Shown piece by piece: positions 34,617 to 49,328 of a stretch of DNA of 64,000 nucleotides. Position numbers and translations under genes: made by a program. Below the pieces are notes generated by a model. The model saw only the letters and a program-made list of their open reading frames with translations, was not told the DNA's origin and searched no databases. The stretch spans positions 1,364,001 to 1,428,000 of the forward strand of contig CP089278.1 of assembly GCA_023920165.1 (NCBI GenBank), written 5' to 3'. Numbering within the stretch: position 1 is the stretch's first letter; each line of letters begins with the position of its first letter. The stretch is from Curvularia clavata. Taxonomy: Eukaryota.

Positions 34617-36804
34617 GGGGAACATTGGTAATGCTGTAGTTTTAAACTGGTAAAAGAAAAACAATTCAATACCGATACTCGCGGTAACATGGCGCTGTGT
34701 AAATAAATCCAATGTTTGTGGCCACGATCAATAATGCAGTTCTGGAGGCTGTTAAACCACATGATGGTATCCAAGCGATAGATAGGCACTCTTTGAGTCG
34801 GCCATCTAATGACAACGCCATGCGACCTGAGTCTTCAGTACTAGCAGAGGCTCATCCTCTGTAGTATGCTTAGCACTAAAGTTTAATATCACTCGGACTA
34901 GGTATTCAATATACCTGTAATGCCAAATATGTGATTGGTACACATATGGTAATATTGTGGATAGAAGGGATTGGTTTAGAGCTGTAGATACAATAGCAAT
35001 AGATTGTCTCATACAATATTCGGGAGACGGGTTTTCAGGTTACCTATCCACCAAGACCTAGTCATTTCTTTGTATCTGGCTGCATACGCTATTGATGAAT
35101 CCTTGTAATCGCTTGTGCCAATTGGCTCATACTAGATAACGTGTCTACCAATGACCTTTTCCGTCAGCGAGATGCTTGTCTGTAAGAAACTTTGTTTGCT
35201 AACAGTGCCCTAAACTGTTCTGTTACCGACCAACATAAACATAAAGCTAGACTGTGAAAGCTTCTTCTACCACATCTTCAAGTTCTGCTATGTGTTTCTC
35301 ACATGCCCGCCCCATGGCACTAAGGCTTTAAGTCGGCTCACAGCCGGTTGCACCGGCTGGTCCACTTGTTGTGTTTGTGAAATCTCACAATCGATGCTAT
35401 CTAAACCAAAGCTCATATGCCAAAGGGGTTTTCCCTGTCTCTTCCTTTCCCTGTCTACTTTCATGACCGCGGACGCACTCATAGTTTCAAATACTTGGTT
35501 TTGCAAACCACATATTATCTTGGCCGTCGCAGTGACTAACCTTATCTTCAAAACGAGCTAGTTGATTAGCACAACATTCCTGCAACGAGAGGCGTCCAGG
35601 AACCATCTCTCTTCAGACGGACACCCCTGCTCTAACCTAGAACGGCATATAAACACCTTCCTTGCAGGGGGCTGATAATGCGCATCTAAGAGTATTTCAC
35701 ACACCCTTCTCGCTCTCACCTCGGTACTACAAAAGCAGCTGACTGCCAATCGTCGATTTGCCGAAGATAAGGTTTCAGGCTAACCGCTCACGTGTGCGCG
35801 TTTTGGAAGCGAGGCCTGAGGTTGGTTTGAGAGACCTAGGCTGCGGCTGAGGAGGCATTTCTTGTGCCTCTCGGCGAATTGGCACCGGGAATTCGCCGCG
35901 TGTCTAAGGAAAGAGGGGCGAGCTCATTGCCAATTCTTTTTCGGCAGCTTGGCCATGGTCTGATTGTGGCGTAAGTCATGTTTAAATGAGAAGTCGAGAA
36001 TTCGATACGGGCTTGTTTGAACTGTGATATGGGTAAGGTTTTACTTAGGTGTAATTGAAGAGAGTTTGCAAGGGAAGAGTGGGGTACGACGCACCTAGCA
36101 GAAACACTGGCTTGCGTAAGAGTGGCGTGCAGGTCGTTTCTAGGCCGCAAAGTATAATGTATGTAAGCATGGGACAGGATTGGTCCGGAACTAAGGCCGT
36201 TCACTGTGATGCACGCGGCACGGGATCACGTACCTACGCACGATGGGATCCGGCATGTCAGACGGAAAAGGGGTCAATGCGTGGCTGGCCACCCATGAGA
36301 ATGAGGCCGTGCCTAGGGTGTGCCCTGCATATTATGTAGGACCGATTGAGCAGTTTATTGATGCTCCCTCACGTAGAGGAGCCGAGTATTTGTATATGAA
36401 GAATACGTAACAAAGAGTGAAGAAAATTAGACAAAGGAAAAGTTTCGCTCCAATGCGAAGTGGTATAGGCGTCAAACTCCGTGAAGAAAAGGAAATCCCC
36501 AAACTCCATGCCGATTGTTCCGGGTCGTAGCACAGTAGTTAAAACCGGGTATTAGAACAAGAAACATGACCATATAAAGCAAAAGAGCAAAGAATCATGC
36601 GTGGAGAAGCATACTAGAGGCTTGGCTGCAATCATCTGCCACATCGTCGTCGTGGTCGTACCTGTGATTCTGGTATTCCCTCTCCAGTTCTACGCTCATC
36701 CATTTCCAGTCACTAATGGAGAAGCTCTTGCTACTGCCGCAATAGTCAGCCTACCCACTCTGTGCTACTACCGAGGCAAGTGAAGAGAAAGTAGGGGGAA
36801 TTAC

Positions 36805-39683
36805 CTACTGCTTTGGCCGCCCGCCCACATTTGGGAAAAGCAGTCCGAGACCCTCTTCCCAGCCGCGCTCTGTCACAATGTCGATCACAGGTCGGCCAGA
36901 CTCATCAAGAGCTTGTAGATCTGGGGGTCCACCCATCTCAAGGAGAAGCTTGAGAATCTCAGCATCACCATTCTCGACAGCTTGGAGAATGGCGTTCCAG
37001 CCACGGTGCATCTTGTTGATGTCTGCACCCCGTGTAAGCAGCATTTGGATGATCTCTGTATCGCCGTTGTAGCGGCGGAGGGCTTTGACTATAGGTAGGT
37101 GTTCGCCCGGGGCATTTGGGTCGGCGTTGGCGACGTCGAGAAGGTAGCGAACAATAACTTTGCGTTCCTCGCGAATGGCAGTCGTAAGAGGTGAGAAGAC
37201 ACCACAGTTCTTGTCCTCGACGCTTACGCCAGCTTCGAGGAGAAGCTTGATGCTGTCGAGCTGGTTGGCAACGACAGCCATTTCGACTACACCGCGGAAG
37301 GCACGTGGGTTCGGGGTCGCGGCGAGGAGTTTCTTAAGAATTTCAGGGCGTTTGACAGCCATGCAAAGAGGCCAATCCTCGCCTCGAATCGTAGGATCAG
37401 CTCCTCGTTGGAGTAGAATGTCGACGAGCTCGGCCCTGTCTTCCCGGATGGCGGTTGTAAGCGCTGTGCAACCTTCAGGTGTTCGGTCGTTGGGGTTGAC
37501 TCCATGGTCGAGCAGATAGATCATGGCATCCTTGTCATTGAATTTCACGGCCGTCTCGATAATGCCCTTGGGTTTGTTCAGGTCCGCACCAGCTGCTACT
37601 AGTTGTGGGAGGAAGTGTGTGCGCTTGTGAGTGATGCACTTGAAAGCTGGGTACTCTGCCGCATTGAAGTTGGGATCTGCGCCGTGGTCGAGCAGATAAG
37701 TGACAATTTCAGGGCTGTTGTCGCGAATAGCCGAGCAAAGTGGTGTGTAAACATTGTCTTTACGCACATTGGGTGAAACGCCGGCTTCCATGAGGATCTT
37801 GATGGATTCAAGCTTCTTCAAACTTGAGGCTAACTCCATAACACCCGGTGTCTTCTTGTGATCAGCACCCCGCTGCAGCAGCAATTGCAGAGCCTTCGGC
37901 TTGTATGTCGATGGCCACAAGGGATGCTTAGGACCTGGGAGATTGGGGTTGGCGCCATGGTCCAGTAGTACCGTCATCAAGTCGATACGGTTTGCTTGGA
38001 TGGCCTGGAACAAGGGCGTTGTGCCTTCTCCATTCTTCGCGTTGGGGTCTCCTTTGCCACTCAGCAATACTTCCACGCATTTTGGCGATGTTGTCTTGTT
38101 CATGGCGGAGATGAGCGCTGTAGAACCGTTCTCCATGATAAAGCCGATATCACCACCGTTGTCGAGGAACAGCTGGACGAAGTCAATGTAGTTCTGGGAT
38201 GCGGCCGTCGACAGAGGCGATTCAGAATCGGGCCCAGCGGAAAGATTTGGGTCAGCGCCATGCTTAAGCAATACTTTCGCACAGTCGAGGGACTGGCCAC
38301 GAGTAGCTGCAAACAAGGGCGTGACGCCTTCACGATCGAAGCCGTTTGCATCTGCACCGTATCGTAGAAGCAGTGCCACAGTCTCAACATCTTGGTTGTG
38401 TACGGCTACCCGAAGCATAGCAGACTCGACATGTGGTTCTGCTTTGGCGCCGCCCTCAAGCAATTGCTCCAGTATTCGGTGTCTTCGCTGTTCGACGGCA
38501 TTGAATAGTGCTGCTTTGCCGCCAACATTCTTCGAACCTCCACTCTGGCGCGGTCCCCAATTTTGAGACGCTACTAAAGAGTCGACTTTAGATGACGCGA
38601 GGTGATCGTCGTAGCGCTCACTGACACTGAGGGAGCGGAGTTTCTCTTCTATAGGCGAAAGACCAGAATATGACGAGACGACCTCCTCGTAAAGAGGATT
38701 CTCATGGTAAGGAGCATTTTGGTGGTACATTGTTTCCCTGGTTGATTCACTGGAACGGGCACTTGGCGGGGCCGGTCGCCAGTTCTTGTGAAGGTCGACG
38801 ATACTCGATGATAATCCACTCTCGTCTTGCCTTGAAATCGAACGCTCACTGTGGAAATTAAATCCCTCGTCGTGACGCAGTTCGTTCAAAGACGGCCTGT
38901 CCAGGCGGCTTGCAGCGGGCATGACCGGTGGGTCTCGGTCTCCATGGTGGCTAGCAGGTTTTGGTGGCGTTGGTGGGAGATTTCCCGTGGGAGCAGGATG
39001 CACAGGAGGAAGGGTTGAAGACTTGCTGGGGTTGAGACGCTCCAATGCAGCGATCAGTCCAGCGTAGCCGATTCCCATTGAAGCATCCGCTCTAGCATCG
39101 CCAATCGTCCATCGGAACATGGCTGAGCTGACTTTCAAGGCATCACGACTCCGCGCCAGAGTGTGGCGCATTTTCTCAACGTCGGTATCCGCAAACATCA
39201 TCCGAAACTTCATGCCAAAACCACCTTTGTGGTTCTCTTTGTCAACGACTACGCCACGTTAGTACCCTAAAAATGAATGCACCTGGGCTTGAAACATATG
39301 ACGAAACGTCTGATATGACACCGGAACTCACATTTGTTAACCATCTGAGCAAGCACAGAGAACTCCTCGCCAACTTGACGGACCCGCCTGTCAAGCTCTT
39401 GAGATACTTCAACGGGAAGCCCATTGCGTGTTTTGCTAGTCTCTTCAACGCCAGACTCAATAGACCATAATTCCTGAAGAAAACTATTAGCTCCGTCGCA
39501 AGAGAGAGATCCGTCGTTGATACATACCTGGCAGAGCTCAATAAATTCTCTTGCAAGCTGCTCGAAGCCGTGAAGAGGTGTCTTTGCAGTGCTCAAGTAT
39601 TCGAGCATGCGGATTGCGATGGTGTTTCCTTGTACATTGACACGCTTGCATAGCTCAAGCGATGTTTCCTTTGCCGGAGCCAT
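36805..39683 (-). CDS. Ankyrin-repeat protein with N-terminal helical (HeLo-like) domain
   Basis: Many GxTPLxxA/GADPN repeats. Two 5' introns join MAPAKETSLELCKRV...EFIELCQ|ELWSIESG...QMVNK|FVDKE...KFRMMFADTDVEKMRHTL to the large exon. Confidence 0.88.
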
Positions 39684-42362
39684 AACGAAGTCTGTGGAAA
39701 AAATGAACGAGGACTGGGGAAAAGAAAAACGCAAATCAACGAGCGGGTGAAGGGAGCCTCTTTACAATGCACCACAAGACGGCCCAGACTTGAGCCTATC
39801 TCCAAACAACAACAAGTACCACGGTAAGCCAGCCCATTCGCTTGCTAGCTTGTGTGATCGCCGAGTCAGGGACACCCGTATCCGAACAAGTCGCGTTATG
39901 CCCTAGCTCCAAAGGTTGTAGTGGATGTTCGAGAGGTCTGAAATAAGGTTTGACCCATCGCTTGCTCCGGTTCCAAGCCGGCCATCCGTTGGGCAAGTGG
40001 CAGTCCGTTCAAGGATACCCCGAGTGTAACAGCTGCCATGCCACGTGAAGGGAAACTAGGGATTGGTTCAACGGGTCGAGCAGACTGTTTTTTTCTTCAA
40101 GTATTTACGAACCCCTTCCCCATCCCAGCAAGTAGCAGACCCAAACGTCAGCCCACTCAGTTCTAGGTTTATTCTAGCCGATGGCAATCACAAACGTCGG
40201 GAAGATGTGCTTCTTGGTATTGGCGCGGGGGGCTAATGATAGCCGCGACTTTGATCTGCACATTACGTGCCTCTTATGCTGTCACTTGCATGTGTATGTG
40301 AACTATAAGTTGGCAATGCAGCAAAAGAAGCTTTGCCGTAGTCCGTAAGTTGTTATCTGCGAGGCTGCATCGGCATGACTTATATCCCAGTCACAACCGC
40401 TTGTTCAGGCGCTCCATGCAATTAACAAAACCCCAAGGTAAGGATAACAGTCAGCCAGCCGCTGTGTACGAGTCGCCAATTTCCAGCCGGCGGGGCGTCG
40501 ACCTGGAACGGAAAAGAGCAATCTGGTGAACGCCACAACCCGCAAATGCGATTTCCATGTTCATAACGTTTTCAAAGCATTTCCATAGCTTCTAGCCGAA
40601 CCATTGCCGAGCCGGGATCACTGTTGCTTCAGCTCAAAGCACCGTGTCAGTACACCTGGCTGATCATCGGACGGCGTGTTTTGGCATATGCAGCGACATG
40701 GTGGTGTAGTGGGGGTGCTCAGAAAGCAAGTGAAGTTTCCTCAATCATCCCGTGTTCCTGAGTCAGGCGTGATTGCGCAGTATCTGGCGTACGAGGCGCT
40801 GTCCATACTCCGCGGTCTGGCAAAGGGCGGGCTGATTTCTATCGACATGGCTGCAATATCCGCCCGGCAATTTTCACAGATCCAGATACCCGTGAAGTGG
40901 ATCTTAGCACCGTGGCTGTCAAAGGACTAGAGGCCTGGCCAGCTCATAGGCATTTGCATCGTTGCAATACTCTTTGGTAGACACATAGCCACTGGCGCTA
41001 GACCATGGTAAAGTTTCGGCAGCAAGGCGCAAAACGCGAAACCGAAGGCAACAACCCAAGCACGCAGTAAACTCTTGCCGAGGGATGGTCTAGGCTGAGG
41101 GGCCCGTACCTTTTTGCATGCGTAATTACGAGTGCTGAGCTTCAGATGGACGTCATTTTCTGTAATACTTGACAGGATGTTCCCTACACAGGCGGCAAAT
41201 TGGCCCCTCGAGTCCTGAAAATCCTCCGCAAAATGCACTGAGGCTTGGATCCTGGGTCAAAGCACGCGCTAAGGCGCCATCAGCACTGGCCCTGACCACA
41301 CGACCGGCACCATGGACGCTATCAGGGATGTCCTCAAGAATAGCGAAAGAACCTAGGCTGTTCTTGAGCGCTCCGCCGTTTGTCCTATTCGAGTCTGCGC
41401 TGTTTCTATGATGGCTCCCCTATCGGTGGCGGACTCTGGTTCGTTTGGCCAGAAGAAAAAAATGCTAGAAGAAAGGAGGTGGCCCATGGAGCTGGATTGC
41501 ACTCCGACGCTATTTTAGAAAAGACGATGTGTGGCCAAAGGCGGCACAGCAACACAGGGCTGGAAATGCATGTCCAGCGATGGTGGACGAATCAGCATCC
41601 AAGTCAGGAGTATTGGCATGAAGGGCCTGCTTTCTCGAGGAAGAATATGTCCGTGATAATACCGGAACTCCCTGAGAGGCGACAGTTCGACGCCGTGAGG
41701 CTCCGTGATCGCGCTATTGCGCTATTGCGTTATATGCTCCGCACGGCTCAAGTTTCCATAGCCATGGGTCGTACCAACCCCATAAACTAGCTGCTCCAAG
41801 GATGAGTGTAATACAGCGTCCTTGAGAGGGGTTTAGCCTCCAGCACAGATATCTGAAATGAAGAAAGAATGTGTATTTGAGTAGCGAGGCGGTCATGTGA
41901 TCGCTCTTGCGCCAACAGAACACATGACCAATGCTTCCCCTGCATCACAACTCCAGTTGACGCGCCGTGCGCCAATCTTGAACGTGGCTCCTGATTGATA
42001 AGCGAAGATGGGTGTGGCGCTTGAGTCCGAGTTCAATAGGCCCAGGCTCGGGTGTCTGCAATGTAGTGTCATCTCCTGGCAGTGCTTGCTGGAAACAGTC
42101 TGGGTCGTTCTGGCCATCTGGGGTACAGCAAAGGGGTTGGGGTGACACAGTCAGTGCTTATGGTTCCGATCGATGTCGGGGCGTCGCCAGAGGTCGTGAC
42201 GAAATGTGAGGAAAGGTCGCCGTTGCGCGACCAATGGACAGAATCGACACATATTCACGTGACCGTCCCGCAACCATCACGCACGGCCCTCTCAACACGC
42301 GTGTAACAAAGCCCAGCATCGCTCATCAACTGTCGCGACTAACATTCACAAAGCAGACTGTC

Positions 42363-43129
42363 ATGACCGAACAAGAACTCTCTCTCCTCACGTCTGGCGA
42401 TGCGATGCCTGCAGATCTTTCGACATTCAACATGGTCGACCTCATAAAGACGCCGCACAATGCGCGTCTCTTTAAGGAAGTGCAGAACCTCAAGAAACTC
42501 ATCAACGAGCTAGTAGACTATCAGCTTGCTCACCCGAAAAATCCGAAGGCGGAATCGCGCGAAGAACTTGACAATGAAAGAAACGCGACTCAGGAAATCG
42601 AGAAGCGGGAGAAATACATCCGCGCGCAACTGTCTATCATTAAGACGCTTTATAGGCAGAGTGTGCTCAAAGTGCGCGAGGAGAAGGCCAAAACATCAGA
42701 TGACAGGGCTGTCAACGATGCGCTCATCTTGGGTTTACACAATCTGAAGTATGAGGAGCAATCGTTACGCTCAGAGATTTCTGCTGCTGAGAACTACGAG
42801 TATGTTTCTTTCAAACTGCTACATTACACTACTGACAGGCATACAGTCATAAGTACACGAAGCTGCCCCTCATACCTCTCGAGCAGTTCCTCGAAGAATT
42901 TCCCGAGCACAAGGAATCCACCGAGCACGATCTCATGACTGCGCGTATCGAACACGAGCACCAAGTTCGCCTCAAATTAGAAGAGCGGCGACAGGAGAAG
43001 CTCAAACAAAAGCAGAAACTTATTGCAGAGGTCAAAAAGGGCAAGGATGATCTCACCAAGCTGGATACCATGGTTGAGAAATTCATCGAGGCTGCAGAGC
43101 CGATTAAGAAAGTTCTGGCCATAGAGTAG
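42363..43129 (+). CDS. THOC5: THO complex subunit 5 (Fms-interacting protein/Thoc5 family)
   Basis: Intron 42800..42846. VREEKAKT...LHNLKYEEQSLRSEISAAENYDHKYTKLPLIPLEQFL...HDLMTARIEHE coiled-coil signature. The start could instead be a downstream Met (e.g. 42432). Confidence 0.78.
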
Positions 43130-43988
43130 ATGGGCACTGCTGGGTTTCTAGAAAGAGCGCGCAAATTATCAGGCTATCCAAGAGTTCCCTCCTGGGGGTG
43201 GACGTCCTCATGAAGGAGACGCATGACGAAAGAGAGAACATACAGCAACCTGTAGTCACGGAATCGGACCCATACGATATCGACTGCTATTGGGCAGGTT
43301 AACTGCCGAATACTGTTGCCTAAGGACGTGTGAAGGAGGGTCGACGGAAGCCTTCATCGGCAGACCAGGCTGTTTAGGCACAACTCACAGACGCGCGTGA
43401 AGGGCCAATGAATACCCTTGTCACGATCTGCTCAGATGCCAAAGGCAGCTTCTGTTCACCACCGATATGAAATTCACAGTGCAAGTTAGAAGCGCACACT
43501 GGAGCCGCTAGGATCATTCACCAGAAGTCGCACAACTGCTGCAAGAGTATGATCTGAATATCTGCTGGTCTACACAACCACCTAGTGATATGGCAGAGGG
43601 TTTGGAATCCTCAAGGCTCATAGCAACTTGACCTTTGCTCGGCATGGTAGCCTAAAAGTACAAGCAGTTTTCACCAAATATATACAGTTTATATGACGAC
43701 ACGTCTTCCATATGTCCTATGTCATACCTTAACTATCATCTTCGCATCTGCCTGATCCATGTACGGTCTCTTAAGATAGTTGGTGGTTTTTTGAAGAGTA
43801 CAGTGACGAGCATGCGGAGAGGAATATTGGAGTAATACCACTGGAGCCTAGGCTCCGTCACTTCGCAGTGGGGCGAGACCCTGGTCTATCACTTATCTTA
43901 GCGCGTCGGGGATCTACAGTATGCGCTCACGCTCCGCGTTCAACTTGTTCCTATTCCACCTTGCCTCCTACCATCACCTCTAATTTTT

Positions 43989-46900
43989 ATGGCTTCGTTC
44001 GAGGGAAGCGCCGATATCTTGAGCGCAAGTATATATGCGCCTACCGCTGCCCAAAAGTCCAGCAAGAACCTATTTTCTCCCCCACAGAATGGCTCGAGCT
44101 GTATCCATATAATACATTCTCTGTTTCCCACGTCTGAGGCGCGCATACTTGAAGAAACCCCAGCAAAGCGTCGCAAAGTTGGCGATGGCAATGTTGTCGC
44201 TCTATACCCAGCAATAGAATCAAATGATACGGGGAGTGTTGTTCTCCTCAAGATATCCCTACATCTGGTGGATACATCGACTTCGTCGCCACGATGTTGA
44301 ACTAACATGTATACAGAGCACGCCTGCTGCATCACATACAGACGCAACTGTAACGAACTTTCCGACCGAATCGCGAGAGCCTGTTTTAGTTGAATTGGAA
44401 TCCATTCGAAGCGAGCACTCCCAGTCGACTTTCCACATCGGGCTGTTCAATGTAGCCAGAAACACTGGGGTAGACATAATCGCTGCGACTCCGGCTCCTT
44501 TCCCACACGCGATACTACCGCATCTCCAGGTTGCTGCTACGCTTGCCACTACACGACGCGGGAAGAAATCCAGGCCCGTGTCCCGCGCCGCCTTTAGTCG
44601 TTGTATGCTACACCCGCCCGTGTTCGGACAACGCTCGTACAAGCTGGAGATTGAGATACGGTGGACATTGGGCATATCAGTGGTTGAAGAGCGCAATGTC
44701 AGTTGTCATTACATGAATGAGGATTTGAAGCTCCTCTCTACCTACATGACGAATTCGGCTGCACAGGATGACAAGCCATGGACCCTGTCCGATTTCTACA
44801 ACTCGGTTCACGTACCACCGCGAGATCTCAAGGTCTCGTCACGTATCAAGCAAGCCCTGGTTGAGACATCGTTGCTACCGTTCCAAGAGCGAACTGTGGA
44901 CTGGCTTCTTCGACGAGAAGGCGTCAATTTCTCTCCTTCCGGGATACTCGAGCCTTTCGCTCCCACTTCTCCGCCAGCATCTTTTAGATCAACGCAGGAT
45001 GCGGCCGGAAGATTGTGCTACAAGAGCCAACTCCGAGGTTTGATAGTAACCGATTTGTCTACGACCACTGGAGATGCGCTGCAATCACTGAGGGGTGGCA
45101 TCCTTGCTGAAGAGATGGGCCTAGGCAAGACTGTTGAGCTGATTGCGCTTATGGCCCTCCACAAGCGGAATGTCCCTCACGACAATGTCTACGATGCATA
45201 CACGGGGGCCCATGTGAAGCCCTCTGGAGCTACCCTGATCATCACCCCGCCCTCCATCCTGGAGCAGTGGATAAGCGAAATACATGTCCATGCGCCTGAG
45301 CTCAAAGTTTGCCATTATATGGGACTGCCTCGCGCATCAGCACCTAAAGATCACCATGCAGCCGCGACTGTTGATTATCTTATGCAGCACGATGTGGTTG
45401 TGACCACGTACCAGGTTCTCTCGAGAGAGATTCATCATGCCATTCCTCCTCCCGATCGTAGCTCTCGGCGCGCCAAACGTTGCGAACGCCGCACCAGCCC
45501 GCTCGTGGGCATATCTTGGTGGAGGGTCTGCCTTGATGAAGCGCAGATGGTCGAAAGTGGAGTGAGCCAGGCCGCCCAAGTAGCCCGAATGATACCACGT
45601 TGTAATGCTTGGGCCGTGTCTGGAACGCCTCTGCGTAAGGATGTTCAGGACCTACGTGGGCTTTTGGTGTTCCTTCGTTGCGATGCTTATGCGAACAGTA
45701 AAGCAGTCTGGGGCGGTCTCGACAAAGTGTCATTTAAAGATATTTTCCATGAGATAACACTACGGAATACCAAAGACAGGGTCCGCGATGAACTGCAGCT
45801 GCCGCCACAGAAGCGCATTATCATAACCGTCCCGTTTACTACCATCGAGGAACAGCACTATGATGAGATGATGCGCCAAATGTGTGATGCTTGTTGGCTC
45901 ACACCAGAGGGTCTACCATTAGAGGAGGGCCGTGATCTAGAGGATGCGGAACGGATCGAGCGTATGCGGGAATGGTTGGTGAGATTACGCCAGACGTGTC
46001 TCCATGCGAACGTAGGCCGAAAGAATCGGAAAGCCTTGGGTGCAAGGAACGGTGCTCTTCGCACTGTACATGAAGTTCTGGAGGTCATGATCGAACAAAA
46101 CGACACCAAGTGGAAGGCAGAAGCTCGTGAGATGATCCTTTGTCTACTTAAACAAGGCCATATTCAAGCGTATGCCGGGAATTTCGCCAATAGGGCACAA
46201 TCTGCGCTTCCATACTACAGTGCTGCGCGAGTAGAGGCACAGTCATACATCGCATTGTGCAGAACTGAGTTGGCAGCAGAGCAAGAAAAACTTGGCCGAA
46301 CATCTGAAACTACCGTCCACGATGTTCATGAGGATGAAGAAGCAGACATGGAGAACATGGGCCGCATTCCCGTCTTGCGAAGATCTCTGCGATCATTCTT
46401 GGAACTCGAGCATGCTGCGCAGTTCTTCACGGCTACAGCGTTCCATCAAATGAAAGAAGACCCAGCTAGCACCGAGCCGGGCTCGGAAGACTGGCATGAG
46501 AAAGATAGGGCTGAAACGAATTACTATGAGGCAGCTAAAACGGTCCGACGTGAACTCTTAAGAGAATCGAAGAACAGGGCTAAGGAACAGATGGAAAAAG
46601 TCAGCTCAAAGAAGCCTTTTCATCAGATACCCAAAATTGATGATCTTCTCGATCTGGGAGGCATTGAAGCGCGGAGGATACTCGATACAATGGACAATAT
46701 CAGCGATTTCCTCAACGCACAGGCGGAGCAGCTACATGCATGGCGCTCAAAGATTGTTGAGATTCTCCTCACACGTCTGATGGATGATGATGATGACCAA
46801 GAAACTACCGGCGAGGAGTACGATGAGTCCCTAAAGGCTCAAGATGAGCTCTATGTTTACATTATGGCTCTTCGCACCTTGGTCGCTGACCGTCATGCTG

Positions 46901-48573
46901 CTGTGCATGGCCTGCAAGATGTCCTTGCTGAACATGAAATAAAGGCTGCTGAGAAGCAGGCGCTGAACAAAGATCTCAGAGAAGACCGAGGTCATGCACC
47001 TGAGCTGGTAATTGAAGTTGCAAACGTGCGGCGTAAGTTGAAAGGGACCTTGCAGACTGGATCCTTGAAGGGTGTGGTATCTGCCATTCGCTCAGTCATC
47101 ACCGGCATACAATGGAAGGCAGATACTGGCGACATACGTGCCGCTTCGGAACTCAGCATACTCCAAGAGCAACTCAACAAGGTCCAAGCTATTGCCACTG
47201 AGCAAGCGAAGGCCATTACGGAATTAGAGAAAGAGCAGGACATGTATCGAACCACGATGAACCAGCGCTTAGAATACTACCGGCAGTTCCAACAAATTTC
47301 GGATACGGTTGCAAAGTACAAAGAAGAGCTTGACGAAACTTTCGATGCCCGCGCTTTCAATGAGACGGAGGCCCTACGAGCAAAGAAAAAGGAAAGTGCT
47401 GCTGTTTTCAAAGCAAAATGCACCTATCTCAAGAACCTCCGACGTGAGAATCAAGAGAATGCAGCGGCCGAATGCATCATCTGCAGAGAAGACATCGAAA
47501 TCGGCGTTCTAACAGCGTGTGGTCATAAATACTGCAAAGAATGCATAAACCAATGGTGGCACGATCATCGGAGCTGTCCAGCTTGCAAACAAAAACTCGG
47601 CTCTTCGGACTTTAAGGATATCAGCTTTAAACCCACGGAAATCAAAGCGCAAGAAGAAGATATCAATTCGAATGCCAAGAAGCCGGTGCCGGCCATGTCT
47701 TCGTCGTCATCCTCTTCTTCCTCTACCCCTGGCACCTCGTCTGAAACAGTGCCGCCGTCCATCTACGCTGATATTAGTACTTCCACAATGAAGCAAATCA
47801 AAACAATCGATCTCAACGGCTCCTATGGCACGAAAATCGACATGATCGCACGCCATCTCTTGTGGATCCGAGCTAACGATCCCGGCGCCAAATCCATCAT
47901 CTTCTCTCAATTCAGCGACTTCTTCTCTGTGCTACGCGAAGCATTTAGAAAATGGAAAATCGCTGCCACAAGCATAGCCGAGCGTGATGGAATACAGCGA
48001 TTCAAGACAGATCCCGCGATCGAGTGTCTTCTCCTCGACGCAAAGTCCGATTCCTCAGGCCTAACACTGGTGAATGCCACATACGTCTTCTTATGTGAGC
48101 CACTCATTAATGCTGCAATTGAGCTGCAGGCCATCAGTCGTGTACATCGTATTGGACAGAAGCGGGGCACGACAGTATTCATGTACCTTGTCGCCGGGAC
48201 CGTAGAAGAAGCGATCTACGACATTAGTGTTAAGAGGAGGCTTGAGCACATTTCTTCGTCTTCTTCCTCTTCCAACAAGAGCAAGGACAAGGATGCAGAG
48301 GGTTCTAACACACAATCTCCCAGTGTTCTAGGCGAAAATACCCTCGATGCAGCTAATTCAGCTGAAATTGAGGCTGCACCGTTAAAGAATCTGATTAGGA
48401 CAAAGGGCGATGGCGAAGTTGTTCCGGAGCATGATCTCTGGCATTGCCTGTTTGGAAAGAAGTGGCGCCGCGCTGTGGAGCCAGTGATTCGAAGCGAAGT
48501 AGATAGGGAGCTGAGAGCGGGTGCTGCTGAGATGAGAATTGCCGATGCGGACCAGGCAATAGTAGATGTGTAG
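43989..48573 (+). CDS. SNF2-family helicase/E3 ligase with RING finger (SHPRH/Irc20-like)
   Basis: GGILAEEMGLGKT (Walker A), WWRVCLDEAQMV, WAVSGTP, RING CIIC...CGHKYC..C...CPAC, KSIIFSQF, GLTLVNA and QAISRVHRIGQ; probable intron 44268..44317. Confidence 0.93.
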
Positions 48574-49328
48574 ATGGGAGTAGTTTTGATCGGGAAGTCA
48601 TTGCAATGTAGGGGATTGAGAAGCAAAACGAGTATTGAGTTTGGTTGGTTATCGTCAACAGAAATAGTGGATGCGTTTGTCTGTAGACATATACCCTTCA
48701 TCCAGAACTGAGATGGCTCTTAGATTCAAAGAGATTTGAGTTCGCATCTCGGCTACTTTGTCGTGATCCTGATCTGTCATACATCATTTTCAGAGTCTAG
48801 TGAATGTCGAGTGCCATCATATGTTCCGCTTTTAAGGGGAGCCTTGACATTGAACTGCAGGATTTCACGGGTGCAGCCATATAAAAAATACATAGAAGTA
48901 TCGGCACAGGATTGAACGCAGTAATTTGAGCACCGAACAGTAGCAGAGTAAATATTGATATTTTCTGACCAAAAAAACTCGTCATGAGTTCATAAAGCGA
49001 CTGAAGAGTCGTAATAATAAGGACCTGCCAGACTCATAATGTGGTATCATAGAAACAAACGAAATGCAAGAGACGACAAAGAAAGACGCCTGGTTCATGC
49101 GATGAATTCAAACGCCGAAATTATGCAGAAGCCAGTCAGTATGACGTGCAGGTATTCGTAGGGAAAAAGAAAAGGACTCAATCTTAGACAAACGCCAATG
49201 CTAAAAAGGAGCGAGGAGTGATGGAAGACAAAGACAAAGGAAGAGAAGATATATACTCGAAAAGAAGGGAAGAGTCTCGGAGAGACCAAAAGAAGGACTT
49301 TGTATGAGAGGGAAGGGGAAAGAGAATG

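Noticed and set aside
31020..36800. Conventional Kex2-repeat (ustA-like) RiPP precursor near the DUF3328 gene
   Set aside because: I found no signal-peptide ORF with tandem repeats and KR sites on either strand. A very short or highly spliced one cannot be fully excluded.
39700..42350. Genes or transposon in the long intergenic region (also 26100..28300)
   Set aside because: The short ORFs lack motifs, coherent splice patterns or terminal repeats, so these are most likely promoter/UTR DNA.
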